From contig NIVC01001308.1 of assembly GCA_002269645.1 (NCBI GenBank), positions 98,501-162,500 of the forward strand: a DNA stretch of 64,000 nucleotides. Direction: 5' to 3'. A program made the position numbers and the translations under genes. A model generated the notes under the pieces. That model searched no databases. It was not told the DNA's origin and saw nothing but the letters and a program-made list of their open reading frames with translations. Source of the stretch: Macrostomum lignano (Eukaryota). Positions within the stretch are counted from its first letter, which is position 1. The number at the start of each line of letters is the position of its first letter. Of the stretch, positions 34,438 to 47,734 are shown piece after piece.

Positions 34438-35863
34438 CTGTAATTTTTTGCACAAATTTTCTATCGCTTAAGTGTTGAAAAATTGTAGGAACATCTCAAC
34501 TTAAGCCATACTGACTGACAATTAGGCTAGTTCTGTCGGCTGTAAACTTAAGTATTGCGTTGGATATAGCATTGAGACACAGTCGGGGCTTATATTATAT
34601 ATTAAAATATTGAACCTTAAAATACAGAAGAAACAAACCTTTATTTTGCAGCCAATTTACCGCCAAAAAATTAAGCTAAATATAGAACCATGGCGGACGC
34701 ACCAAGTTTAATCTAGTAAAAGCAAGGTAGAAATAAAAATTGCTTGCTTCATTTACGCAACTATGTAGGTCATTGCTTCACTTTCGTCGCTTTGCGAAAA
34801 GAGTTAGTCATCTTTTCAGCAAAGCTTGCTACAGGCAAGAGAGAGACACTTAAGCGCCTGTTCAATAACCAAACACACGTAGCACTGAAGCAAACTCGTA
34901 ACAATATAATGCTTTCGTATACGTGATGCTTGCATACTACGAATTTCTAGCGACTGCCAAAAGCACAAAATATCTTTACTGTCTTGTTGTGTGGGTTAGT
35001 ATGCCAGAACCTTGTGCAAACATTCAGTGTAGCTATTTCAACTCGATTTGTAAGGCCACATTCGAATACACGCTGAGCATTCAAGTGTATGCTTATCGAG
35101 AAAATCTAAAAATAGCCTGCTTCTCAAACTTAATAAGATATGGTAGCTACATTTAGATTCAATGTACGCTCGTGCAGTATATTCATCGCCATATACTAAA
35201 TTTAGTATACAATTAATATATTCTGAAACTCTGAATAGCTTCCAGAAGGTCGTCTAGCGTAATCACTTATTCATAGTTTCAGTTAAAATAAATTGACTAA
35301 AAAGCAATGTTTTTCGCCAGGAAAACCTCTGGGAGCTGTACGTATATTATTCACAACTAGCGTAAACTGGCAAAACTTCACGGATCGCAGGACAGTAACA
35401 AAAAACAAATAATTATAAAGGAATAAAGACGGATTGCTTTTTTAACGCTGAATAAACACAACTGGAACCTCCATCGGACATTGTATGGATGTGTATGGAT
35501 CCTAAAAATATGTGTATGGATAGGCTTGTACATATCCTTTATAGCTTACTTTTCGTTAATGTAAGCAATGGTGGTATGAGTAGAACCGAGAGCTTCGAAC
35601 CGGATTGAAACATAGAGAGAAATATATGGCCGGGAAATTGCGTTGTAGGCAAAGTTCTGCGTGTAACTACTGATTGCTTCTCTTAGAGAGAAATCACCTC
35701 ATTGGTTACTATACAGTGAAGAATCTATTAAACATGTGTATTAATATGATACAAAAGCTTTGATTTAGTAAATACCTGGAGGATTAAGTATTGTATACGT
35801 CATTCCAAACTATTGTAGTAGTGTCAGTGAATGGAGCACACACGGCACAGAGGGAGGCGTGGG

Positions 35864-36575
35864 CACAGAATATTACATACGAGCAAAGAGTATTTGAGGT
35901 CGCCCAGTATAGAGTGCCAATAAGGGATATGAAAATCTGAAGCCGATTTTTAGAATCCACCCACCCCCTCCGGTCACCAAGCTTTCTAGTCTATGGCACA
36001 AGTTGCGGCTAGCATGGTGCACAAAGCCGATGCTCAGAAATATAAGACATTTCACACTTAGAAAATGCATGTATCAAATAAGCAAGACAACATCGCTCAG
36101 TCACCAGACTCAGTTGCCGTCGTCGATACACAACTCCGTAACAGCCATGCCATATAGCCTTATCACTTATGCCTTTTGCTTTTCCCACTGCTGCACCTTC
36201 ACTCTGCTTGTTTATCACTTTGTTTTTGTCTTTCCGACTCAGCTGCAAGAATCCTGCTCAACTTCTTTTCTCCTTACACAATGCAATCATCGTACGTACG
36301 GTTACAGTATAGATACAGAAATAAAGTCTTGAGGACGTCTTAAGCATACATGGTATTCGTCCAGCTACTAGCTACTTGTATTTTTCTCATGCACTCTATG
36401 TATATTTCTGAGCATCGGCCCTGCACGCCATTCTAGCCACAACTTGTGCCATAGACTAAAAAGCCTGGTGACCGGAGGGGGTGGGTGAATTCCAAAAATC
36501 GGCTTCAGATTTTCATCCTTATTGGCACTCTATACCAGGCGACCTCAATACTCTTTGCATACGAGTAATTCTGTG
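35864..36575. mobile_element. MITE-like element with about 190-bp imperfect terminal inverted repeats (CACAGAA...)
   Basis: About 35864-36060 is the reverse complement of about 36400-36575; no TSD recognised. Confidence 0.7.
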
Positions 36576-37742
36576 TAAATTCCTTGGATGTGGGGAAGAA
36601 GCCCTCGCTTTCTACCATAAACTAAGTTTCACTGCAACAGGCTAAATAAAACGTTTCTGTAGTCTATGGCCGTGCCTAGGCGGGGAATGAACTTTATTTA
36701 GCGTGTTTTGGTATGATATTAGCAAGGCTGCAGAAAAGTAACAAACTGGACTCAAAACGAGAAGCAAACAACAGCATAAAAACAAAACAATTTTTGGTTG
36801 CAGAAAAAATATAAAATTGTCGATAAAAATTCTGCAAGAACAATACACATTAGATTAAAAATGTGCTGCAAAATTTAAGAAATCATCACTTTTCGACAAT
36901 AGCAATGTAATTATTCATATTTAATTTGTTGTACAACATAGCTAGCTGTACCGAAATATTAAATTCAACACATAGACACTTAATATTATAGATATAAATC
37001 TTTAGCTCAAAAGACACTAAGCGTAGGAAAGAAGCGATCCTTAGTTTAAAACACATTTTAGAGCTAATTATAAAATTGATAATAGAAACGCCGATACGGA
37101 AGCCAACAAAAGCAGTAAAACATAATTAAAATGATCTAATGGATTTGACAATTGCTCTATAGAAAACACTTTTTACGATTATACTTGAATAGTGACTGAT
37201 TACAAGCAATTTAAGCACTAAAATATTACATGATTAATTCAATAATTAGAATTTTTATCGTCAATATTGCTTTGGTCGATTAAGAGCTCGTTCACACCGC
37301 CATTAAACAACGCCAAGTTTCATGTCATTACAAAATTTGTACATTCTACATTAACTCCTTCTCAACATCAGTCGTGGAGTGCCGGACGTAAAAAAGCCAT
37401 GCTATCTGCGAGCTTGTGCACGAGTGCGCAGAAGTCAGCGGAATGGGCCTTACAGTCTGTAGGGACGAAATCACCGAAGGCGTTGCATTAGAGAGCCCAC
37501 GATCCCTTTATTACAGTGAATGACTGTAAACGCTTCATTTATGACAATATGATGACGGTGTGAAAAAATTAAGGTGACAAGAAATCACTGTTTTAATAAA
37601 TAAAGTACGAATGTTTAGCTATTGGTCATCATTGATTAAAACTCAAAATTCTTGATGCAGTGCTGCATAACTGCAATTTTTTATCGGTAAAGTGGACAGG
37701 AACATCCAACCTGAACATAAACAAATGTACAATAACATCGAT

Positions 37743-39644
37743 TCAAGGAGCACTGGGAGGCACACCCAGATACGGAGGTACTGAAGCCTGGGCGCCGCCA
37801 GAAGCGGATGGATAGGCCGGCGGTGGTGCAGTCGGAGCCGCAGCTCCAGGAGCATAGACTGGACCTGCAGGATAGCCAGGCTGAGGGGCGCCAGGATATC
37901 CTGGACCCGATTGAGGCACACCGGGATACGGAGCACCAGGATATTGAGCTCCTCCTGGTTGAGTGCCAGGGTACGGAGCGCTTCCAGGAATTCCGGCACC
38001 ACCAGCAACTAACGGAGCGTCGTTGCGAACTCGAGGCGGACCAGCTCGAATTCCGCGACGCCTCATCCACTCGCACACCTGATTCGGAAGCTCCGCCAGT
38101 ACCTCCTTCGCCAAGGCATACCTGCTGCGATCAATGCTGCCACCCTGAATGAAACGACGCAAAGGAACGAATTGGACGACATCTCTTTCGGCGATCATCG
38201 ACCCGCAACGAAGTCGTTTGTCGTCGGAGTCGAGCTCCTCCATCGCAGAGAAGTCCTCGTCTCCGACACCAACTATGATTATGGACATCGGTAGAGATGA
38301 CGCCTTGATGATTGCCTGCTTCGTCTTCTCGAAGTCCGTGATGATTCCGTCAGTGATGATCAGCAGTACAAAGTACTGAGCTCCTGTCTGGTGAGCCGCA
38401 GCCATTGACGCTACGTGGTTGATCACGGGCGAAAAGTTTGTCGGGCCGTACAGTCGCACCGCTCTGATGCAAGACCGATAGGCCGCGAGAAGACCTGGCA
38501 TTCCTGCGCAGTACGGGTTTTCGGACTGCAGAGTCAGCGAGAACGCATCCTGAACTCCCGAGAACATTGGAGGCAACAGAGCTCCGAAGCCCAGTCCGGG
38601 AAACTGCTTGTCTGAGTCGTAGTCCTGCACAATCTCTCCTACCGAAATTATCGCCAGCTCGTACTGGTTCGGTCGGCCGTCGGCGCTCACGTGGTGCAGC
38701 GAGCGAGGGTCTCTGGGGTCTCCATTGCTACCCGTGAAGTCGATTGCAACCGTGAAGTGCAGCTCAGTGCCGCCCTGAATGTAGTCGACGAACGAGTCGA
38801 TGGTCTCGATTCCGATCTGGCTGAACACGATGGTTCCAGCCGACTTTTTCTTCTTGCTGATGAGGGTTCGTTGGGCGGAGCGGCTCCGGGCCACCTCCTG
38901 CTCCAAGCTCTCCAGACTGCTGTAAAAGCTGCCGATAAAATCGTGCGACCCGTCGCTGTCGTAGTCGTGGCAGTCGAAGCGAAGTAGCAGCTGCCTGTTT
39001 CCGCGGCACAAACGGTTCAGTGGAACCAAAAATTTGGCCCATCGCGGGTTCAAATTGTTCTTGATTACTTCGGTACGATGTACAAGTGTCCAATGTCGGA
39101 CTTTATTGACTTCATTTTCACTCGTAATTTCCTCCATTGGCTGATAAATTTCAAGGTAAGGATCGGATTTTCCAAGAAAGTCTTTTTTGTCAAGCTTTTT
39201 TCCTTCGGCAATGAAACTGACTATTTGTTTGCACTCTTGAAGCTCGAAACACGTGATTATAATTGTGGACTTCTTGTGTCCAGTTTTGGACAAAGTAGTT
39301 TCGAATCGACGTCGGCTTACAAGCTCGCCGATCGAAGTCTCTAACTCGCCGAGAAAGTCGTGTTCAGACAGTCGAGCACTCGGACTGTCCAAGTCGTAAA
39401 TTTGAAACTTCACCAGCTGACGCTCCTCGAACATGAAGTCGACAATGAACCGATGGCTGAATTCGGGATCAAGCGTGTTGTTCAGCTTTTCAGTTCTGCC
39501 GATTTCTTGAAAATTAGAAGTTCCCGGCTGGCGCAGGAACAGGACGCACTGGGGATCTGACTTGGAGGTGACGTCGCGGTCAGGCAGATTTCTGCAGGAC
39601 ACGCTGATCTCAACGCGACTGGTGAGGCTTGGGCCGGACATCAT
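37743..39644 (-). CDS. CPNE: Copine B, intronless, about 633 aa, tail with PTAP, PPAY and terminal PSAP
   Basis: Same copine motifs; first ATG at 39644. Confidence 0.95.
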   Translation of the reverse strand: MMSGPSLTSRVEISVSCRNLPDRDVTSKSDPQCVLFLRQPGTSNFQEIGRTEKLNNTLDPEFSHRFIVDFMFEERQLVKFQIYDLDSPSARLSEHDFLGELETSIGELVSRRRFETTLSKTGHKKSTIIITCFELQECKQIVSFIAEGKKLDKKDFLGKSDPYLEIYQPMEEITSENEVNKVRHWTLVHRTEVIKNNLNPRWAKFLVPLNRLCRGNRQLLLRFDCHDYDSDGSHDFIGSFYSSLESLEQEVARSRSAQRTLISKKKKSAGTIVFSQIGIETIDSFVDYIQGGTELHFTVAIDFTGSNGDPRDPRSLHHVSADGRPNQYELAIISVGEIVQDYDSDKQFPGLGFGALLPPMFSGVQDAFSLTLQSENPYCAGMPGLLAAYRSCIRAVRLYGPTNFSPVINHVASMAAAHQTGAQYFVLLIITDGIITDFEKTKQAIIKASSLPMSIIIVGVGDEDFSAMEELDSDDKRLRCGSMIAERDVVQFVPLRRFIQGGSIDRSRYALAKEVLAELPNQVCEWMRRRGIRAGPPRVRNDAPLVAGGAGIPGSAPYPGTQPGGAQYPGAPYPGVPQSGPGYPGAPQPGYPAGPVYAPGAAAPTAPPPAYPSASGGAQASVPPYLGVPPSAP

Positions 39645-41145
39645 GCACAAGTTTGTACCGATTAAACTCGATTCGGTTTAATACAGATTACCGCCCGTGT
39701 AATCAGTGTAGCTTTACTTTACTTGCATAGAAAAATGTCACCCTCATAATGCTACAATCGATGAGCAAAGTAAACATCCTGCCCTAAAATAGGTTTGCTG
39801 TTATCGTACTTTACTCGTTCAGGATCTGAAGAATGAGATTATATGCCTATGCAAGAGGCCATTGGCAATGAACTAATCTTAGTAATTACGACCTAGTTCT
39901 AGTTTAGGCATGCAAACTTGGCTGAAGTTACTATTTTAGAAAGATTAACTGGAACGTTGTCAAGAAGCAGTAAATGATTTATTAATTAATAATTCTATCG
40001 TACTTTTGCACAATTCCATAAGGAACAATTTAAATATTTGGAAAATCAGCACTTTTTGAATAAGCGAGATTTTTTTAGGCCTTGATCAAGTAATATAACG
40101 AAGCAAAAATATAATGAATATACAATTTCAGCATTTAGCTTGACGGCAATGTCGGAATAGCAGACGTACCGGTAGGTATTCAAAACCAGTAAATATTAAT
40201 TTCGTGGATACATGATTTAAAAACATACAATTGCGGCGAAATTGGATTGGCAAATAGTAGCAGTATAAATAGAGTGGGAAAAGTATTTTAATTAAAGTAC
40301 AAAACAGTTCACGTCTTATCCGTCGGATGCATTAATCTTTTCTTGTGGAAAGCAAAAGCAGAATAACTATTTAGTAACAAGAATTATATTTTCATAACTA
40401 CTGACGAGCAGCACTTTAAATTACGATTTCCAATAGCATTCTATGGAAAAATTAATAATTTCGATAATATTTTTATGTAAACTCGTAGTCACTGCTTGCT
40501 ACGTAAGGAAAAATGATCTTTCTAACCCGTCAGACAGAAAATTAGGCTTTTTTATTGCCTATACTCAATACAAATTAAAGCCAGCTTAGATCATTAACAG
40601 CTAGCAGAAACTCTGCCGATTACAATAGAAAACCAATTTGAATCTTTTTTAGGCATCTCAACTTTATGACAATTTGGTTAGAATGCATTCGAGTTGCTGA
40701 TACTGGTATAGAATTTCTATTCTTTTCAGTGTGGCCATATGTGACGACGTCGTTAGCATCTTAAATTTTTAGTTTCTATGTGAGTTTTTATTACTTAAAA
40801 TTATTATAGTTGATTAATTTGCAGGTTCCCCAGCCATTAATTTAATGTAATTTATTTAGAAAAAATGTACTTAAGTTTTATTTATTTAAGTCCAAGTTAT
40901 TACTACTTTTTTGATAGATATCTTAGGTTTAAATGAATCGGATTTCCCCGCCAATTTAAATTGTTGCCTCGCGCTCGTTTTGTACTCTCCTCAACTCGGC
41001 ATTTTGTCTCGTACCATGCGTGTCAACACTACTAATAATTGAACTAGCTAACCAATAAATAAATACTAATAAATAATTAACAAATAATTAATTAATCGCT
41101 GACTACATCTCGAACTCGCTACGTCACACATAGATAAGTGAAACG

Positions 41146-41292
41146 AGCGGGGAATAATGTATCGGTATTTATTCCCCACTACTCAGGCCTGGCCATAGAC
41201 TATAGGAATGTATTCCTTCGGCCTGGCGCAATAAAACTCCAATAAATATGTTTCTATAGTCTATGGCCGGGCCCAAGTGGGAAATAATAAAT
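41146..41292. repeat. Small hairpin / mini-MITE
   Basis: ggcctggccatagactatag ... ctatagtctatggccgggcc with outer tatttattcccca / tgggaaataataaata arms; related motif tagtctatggc at 35988 and 36661. Confidence 0.55.
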
Positions 41293-41761
41293 ATTATAAG
41301 CTAGTATATGCTACTTAAACGCACTATAGTTTTATTCAGAGGAAAAAACTGTCTATGGTTTAAGTGAGGGCTTCACCCTCACACCAAATACTGGCCCCAC
41401 ACCGACTGTCGCAATGGCAGTGTGACTTAGGCATAAATGTCTATGACACCATATTAATAGGATAGCCATAGCAACTCTTGACTCCAAAACAAAATGATAA
41501 AAAAATGAAAAAGCCATTAAAAGCTACAAATTCAATGCACATGGGTAGGCTGGATGATAAATAAGAGCATTAAAACAATACTGAAAAATCAACGCATCGA
41601 ATTCCTTTAAACGAAATAAATTAAAGAGTAATTACAACAGCAGACGTATTGTTTTTTTAAATGAGGAGATTACAAGACAATTCAAGACAAATAGAGCTAG
41701 CCATCAATGTTTTATATCAAATTTATACAGCAGACAGCAAGACTCGCAAAAAATCGTCTGT

Positions 41762-43900
41762 TTAAGGAGCACTGGGCTGCGTCCCTCCGGCTACAGAGTA
41801 ATTTTGAGCCAAGTGGCCATAGCCGGCTTGACGAGAGCTCACTTGAATACCGGGGTAATTTGCGGCGCCATACTGGCCTGGACCAGTAGGATATCCTCCA
41901 ACATTTTGATAAGCACCAGGATACCCTGCGCCACCAGTAGGAGCACCAGGATACCCTGCGCCACCCGTAGGGGCACCAGGATACCCTGCGCCACCCGTAG
42001 GGGCACCAGGATACCCTGCGCCACCCGCAGGGGCACCAGGATACCCTGCGCCACCCGTAGGGGCACCAGGATACCCTGCGCCACCCGCAGGGGCACCAGG
42101 ATACCCTGCGCGACCCGCAGGGGCACCAGGATACCCTGCGCCACCCGCAGGGGCACCAGGATACACTGCGCCACCCGTAGGGACACCAGGATAAGAAGGA
42201 GCTGAAGCAGGAGAGCCATCAGTACCTGGTGCGGCAGTAAATGAGGATGGGGCAACAGGGCCTGACGCTGGAACATTTGAATCAGATCGCACTTTAGGCG
42301 GACCAGCTCGAATTCCGCGACGCCTCATCCACTCGCACACCTGATTCGGAAGCTCCGCCAGTACCTCCTTCGCCAAGGCATACCTGCTGCGATCAATGCT
42401 GCCACCCTGAATGAAGCGACGCAAAGGAACGAACTGAACAATGTCTCTCTCAGCGATCATCGAACCGCAGCGAAGTCGTTTGTCGTCGGAGTCGAGCTCC
42501 TCCATCGCAGAGAAGTCCTCGTCTCCGACACCAACTATGATTATGGACATCGGTAGAAATGACGCCTTGATGATTGCCTGCTTCGTCTTCTCGAAGTCCG
42601 TGATGATTCCGTCAGTGATGATCAGCAGTACAAAGTACTGAGCTCCTGTCTGGTGAGCCGCAGCCATTGACGCTACGTGGTTGATCACGGGCGAAAAGTT
42701 TGTCGGGCCGTACAGTCGCACCGCTCTGATGCAAGACCGATAGGCCGCGAGAAGACCTGGCATTCCTGCGCAGTACGGGTTTTCGGGCTGCAGAGTCAGC
42801 GAGAACGCATCCTGAACTCCCGAGAACATTGGAGGCAACAGAGCTCCGAAGCCCAGTCCGGGAAACTGCTTGTCTGAGTCGTAGTCCTGCACAATCTCTC
42901 CTACCGAAATTATCGCCAGCTCGTACTGGTTCGGTCGGCCGTCGGCGCTCACGTGGTGCAGCGAGCGAGGGTCTCTGGGGTCTCCGTTGCTGCCCGTGAA
43001 GTCGATTGCAACCGTGAAGTGCAGCTCAGTGCCGCCCTGAATGTAGTCGACGAACGAGTCGATGGTCTCGATTCCGATCTGGCTGAACACGATGGTTCCA
43101 GCCGACTTTTTCTTCTTGCTGATGAGGGTTCGTTGGGCGGAGCGGCTCCGGGCCACCTCCTGCTCCAAGCTCTCCAGACTGCTGTAAAAGCTGCCGATAA
43201 AATCGTGCGACCCGTCGCTGTCGTAGTCGTGGCAGTCGAAGCGAAGTAGCAGCTGCCTGTTTCCGCGGCACAAACGGTTCAGTGGAATCGAGAATGGAGC
43301 CCATTTTGGGTTTAAATTCTTTTTAATGAATTCGGTTCTGTGCACCAAGACCCAACTGCGAACTCTGGGTACTTCTGATTCAGTTTGTATTTCATCCATC
43401 GGCTGATAAATCTCCAGAAAAGGGTCAGACTTGCCAAAGAAGTCTTTCTTGTCAAGTTTGACGCCTTCGACGCGAAAATTGGCAATTAGTTTGCACTCCT
43501 GAAGCTCCAAGCAGGTCAGTATAATGAGAGATTTTTTTGTACTGCCAGTCTTGGTCAAAGCCGCCTCGTACTGTCGCCGACTGACAAGTTCACCAACAGT
43601 GGTCTCAAGTTCGCCTAAAAAGTCATGGTCCTGCAGGGCTGCGCGCGAGCTGTCAACATCGTAGAGCCGAAAAATGACTACCTGTCTTTCCTCGAAGCAG
43701 AAGTCTACTTGAAACTTGTGATTGAATTGCGGGTTTAGGGTGTTCTGTATGCATTCAGTGCGACCAAATTCATGCGTTGATGTTGGCGTTTTCATGAACA
43801 GGACACACATTGGATCAGATTTGGACATGACATCACGATCTGGCAAGTTCTTGCAAGAGACAATGATCTCCACCCTGCTAGTGAGCTGAGGAGCTGCCAT
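41762..43900 (-). CDS. CPNE: Copine C, intronless, 712 aa, 27-bp GYPGAPxGGA repeat tail, terminal PSAP
   Basis: Same copine motifs; about 9 tandem 27-bp units at about 41920-42190. Confidence 0.95.
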   Translation of the reverse strand: MAAPQLTSRVEIIVSCKNLPDRDVMSKSDPMCVLFMKTPTSTHEFGRTECIQNTLNPQFNHKFQVDFCFEERQVVIFRLYDVDSSRAALQDHDFLGELETTVGELVSRRQYEAALTKTGSTKKSLIILTCLELQECKLIANFRVEGVKLDKKDFFGKSDPFLEIYQPMDEIQTESEVPRVRSWVLVHRTEFIKKNLNPKWAPFSIPLNRLCRGNRQLLLRFDCHDYDSDGSHDFIGSFYSSLESLEQEVARSRSAQRTLISKKKKSAGTIVFSQIGIETIDSFVDYIQGGTELHFTVAIDFTGSNGDPRDPRSLHHVSADGRPNQYELAIISVGEIVQDYDSDKQFPGLGFGALLPPMFSGVQDAFSLTLQPENPYCAGMPGLLAAYRSCIRAVRLYGPTNFSPVINHVASMAAAHQTGAQYFVLLIITDGIITDFEKTKQAIIKASFLPMSIIIVGVGDEDFSAMEELDSDDKRLRCGSMIAERDIVQFVPLRRFIQGGSIDRSRYALAKEVLAELPNQVCEWMRRRGIRAGPPKVRSDSNVPASGPVAPSSFTAAPGTDGSPASAPSYPGVPTGGAVYPGAPAGGAGYPGAPAGRAGYPGAPAGGAGYPGAPTGGAGYPGAPAGGAGYPGAPTGGAGYPGAPTGGAGYPGAPTGGAGYPGAYQNVGGYPTGPGQYGAANYPGIQVSSRQAGYGHLAQNYSVAGGTQPSAP

Positions 43901-46900
43901 GTCTGTGAATGTTCATAAATTGTAGCAACTTATTATTATTTTACTAGCCTATAGTAGAGAAATTTAACAAGATCAAAAATGTTTTGAAAAAATCAGGAAA
44001 ACTATGCATTTATGATGTGTTGAGTGCATGCTTAGGGATTAGTGGAATATGTATCTAGCTACTACTTTTTTGACCAGCTATGGCTAATATGTCTATATTG
44101 TAACATTGATTTATTATTAACTTAAAGACCCTAACTAACCTAAATTTGAGCTAACAACAGAAAAGGATTTCAATTAGTTGCAAAGCTGTAAATATGATCA
44201 ATTTGTTACTAAAATGAACACATATTCATTAGTATTATATATAGGGTTAATATTTATACTTAAAAACTTCAAAAATAGCGAAGTCCTAACTGTATATTAT
44301 GCTAAGTATATAGCCTACTAAAAGAATATAATATCCTATTCATAGGCAAGTTCTAGCTAGTGCTATCATAAACCAACTATAAAAATATATATGCAAGCCT
44401 AATTCTAGTCTTATTATATACAAAAGGTTTAATCTTATGCATAAGACCAAAATTATTATGGCTAGATATTTTAAAATATTTTAATAAATATTTTATCAAT
44501 GTTTTTGGCACAAATTTGAATTAAAAAAACAATACTAGATATAGGCCTATGGCATACTAAACCTAAGTTTTTTATCAATTGATTTTAAAAATATTAGTTT
44601 GTATAAAAATGCTAATCAGAAACAACCTAGACCTAGACCTTAATGATAATATATGTAGAATATAAAGTAATAATTTATCATAGAATTAATAATAGAAACA
44701 ATTTAAGGCAATTTATTTATACATTTAAGTGAATTAGGCTAAGCTAAACCATAAAAATTTATTTTAGTCTGAGTAATATTCCTAAGCAAATATAAACAAA
44801 AAATATAAGGTATTTATAATAAACTATATAATATAAAGTTAATAGACACTTCAAAACGCATTTATCATTAGATAGGGCCTAGGGGCTTAGGGGCCTATAC
44901 AGTATAAATAAAAAGTTTATTATCAACTTCCAATTAGCTAAGCCCAAAAGGTATAGAAGTGAAAAATGCTGTTTTAAAAATTTGATCCAAGTTGCATTTA
45001 GATTTAAGCCATTAGTATTAAAAGTGCCAAATGTTAGGCTTAGACATAGCTAGGCTTAAGTAAGGATTTGAAATCTAGTCTATGAATCTATCAATTGTTT
45101 TTTAATAAAAATAATATAAATTTACTTAATTTTTATGGGCTAGCCTACACTACACATAATTTATTTCTTTTCCTATTATTTATGGGCGTCAGTTTTAATG
45201 ACACTGTAATTTTGTTAGAATGGTCTTTATGCAGTATGCAGCCAGTACTACTATTGCCATAATTATTGCTACAAGGAATAGGCCTGGCTAGTGACATTAG
45301 AAGAAAAAAGTACTCGTAAAATAAAACACTTTACTTAGGTTAACTAATTTGAAGTTATAGCCAAGGACGCAGAATCATTGTGGCCATAGGCCTATTATCC
45401 TAGGGGCTAGGCCTAAAACGCATTAATAAATTACTTGCCCTAAGGGTGCCCTAATGCTTAGGCCCTATCTTGAAAGCATTACCTAGTACTAGTAGGTCAC
45501 TAGGGCTATCACATGTGACGTGTGTATGTGGATCGTGGATGTAATATTTTCTAAAAATCAATGCAAGGACCCATGTTAAAAATGCCGTTTGTACACACTT
45601 ATCAATTTAAACTAAATATTATAAACTATACTATAGCAAAGGTTTGATTTAAATAACGATTAATATTGCTGTATTAAGAAAAAAGATTAATAAATATTAA
45701 TTTTTGAACCATAGTCCTTTAAGGTTTACTGTTCGTGTATCGTGTTAACTAACTTCCCAGTCCAGGACAACTTAAGCAGATCTAGGACAGGAAAATTGGA
45801 AAATATTAGGAGGCAGGTTTTACCGAAAAAATATGTTACGGAGTTGCGATTAATCGAATTATTATTAGTTACCAAGTTCAGGGCCAAGAATTCAGCAGGG
45901 CATTACCGCGTACCTGCATTCTAATCTTGCCAGCTCTGCCTATTTTCTCATCTGCCATTGAATCGTGTGGCATGAAGTGTGAGTAGAGATTGCGCCTGTC
46001 GCAGGGGATAGAATAGAAGCTGAGGATCAGAGTGCAAAATTACTGAGTATGATCGCCGAGTACATCCAAATATAAATGATCATAACACAGTAACACTATG
46101 TATTTCGAAGTACAGTGTAATCGAGCCCCATCACATGTACATGAAGGAGGAAAGATATTAGAAAGTCGTTATCTATTATCTACCCTTGTGATCCTGGGCT
46201 TAAGGGAATTGTAGCCTAGAATCGCCAAACGACTATAAATGGGGGTCATTTATATCCAAATAAAGTCCTCGTTTACAACACTTGTGTGGCGTTCGATCAT
46301 TCGCGACCTGGCCTTGAGGCGCGCCTTGTGACGCTGAACGCGTATTCTGTTGTTGTTGCTGTACTAGAAGATGAGCAGTTAACTGCTTCCAATAAGATAC
46401 TGCCATACTGTGACAAATAACTATATAGTTCTTATCGATCTGTATAGTGTATTTTTTGGAAATTTAACCAAATATTTTCTTAGAAACGAATTGTTTTATT
46501 TCCCGTCTTTCTGCACTTATATTTTGTCCTTGTGTAAGTACACTGTAATGTGCATCAAATATGTGCACCAGTTGAGCTGCTGTCTGCTGCTGACGTTACA
46601 TGTACGTCCTACTCGTGAAAAGCTATATGATCGTAGCTATAATTGCTATAAAATCCAATTGTGACTTGACTTGGATCATTTGTTGTGGTACAATTGTAGA
46701 GTGCACTGTACAAGTATATATGGAAGTAGTTCTTCTTACGCGGGATGCTTAGGCATGATGTAGGACGCATGCTGGCCGTAAGTGGGTTGTAAGCCGGAGG
46801 TACATGTGGCGGGGCGTAATCTGGGAAAAAAATTTATAGCGTGTTCAAGCCCACAAGCATTCCAGTTTATGTTCTTAGAACGCGTCATGTAAGTCCACTC

Positions 46901-47734
46901 GCTGTACTGCTTCTATAGCTATTGAGTTTCCTGTTGGCACAACCGGTGCATTCTAAGGTCACAACCGAAACAAAATGACATATGAAAAAACGGCCCAGTT
47001 GCTAAGACGTCTCAAAATTATCCATTTTCTAAAAGGAAATTCTGTTTCTGATTTTTAGTAGCTGCTCAATGATTCAGAATATTTAGAAAAAAAACGCCCT
47101 GTCTGTATAAATGTACATGTGCATATTTGTCCATAGTGCGCTGAATTTTGAGCAGAGACTCGATTGTATTTTACTGAGTCTGCCTCGAGACAGACGGATG
47201 TCTGGAGTTTGAGCACAGTGCACATGAACTCGTAGCTTGCACTCTGCTTTATTATGGTGTGTTAAATTATATTAAAAAAGTTTTTATTGGATTTTTCATT
47301 AAAATTCAATATTTTGTCCTTACATTTCGAATTATAAGTGAACGCGAGACGAGATTCCCGAATCACCCTCTGCATCAGAAATAACGGATAGCTAAATATC
47401 CGCGAGAGGGCTTTTGCTTAAATGTCCGGAATTAGATTTATTATTCAATAATTTGAATTACTGTGCGAATCTTACAGAATTTGAGCAGCGAGGTGAGACA
47501 ACCAATTGCATGCTTTGTGGCCAGCGATTTTTTTGCGTATATATCCGCTGTAGCCATGGCTGCAGAATGCCAAAATGGAAGGCAAAAATAGCTGGAATAT
47601 TTCTTATACGTTGGTTTAATTTAATTTTTCTTACGCTTCTTACAAAACGCTTCTTAAAGTCCATGCAAATGCTTACGGTACGATAGCAGGTTTCAACAAA
47701 AGTACCATTTGTACCATTTTAATAAAAATATGTC

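Noticed and set aside
33484-43249. Recurrent plus-strand ORFs overlapping the copines (and antisense ORFs over the ATPase and pol)
   Set aside because: Shadow ORFs from GC-rich codon usage; their recurrence simply mirrors the duplicated copine sequence
45966-46280. Possible short solo LTR (TGTGGC...AATAAA...ACAACA)
   Set aside because: No target-site duplication and no second copy in the window
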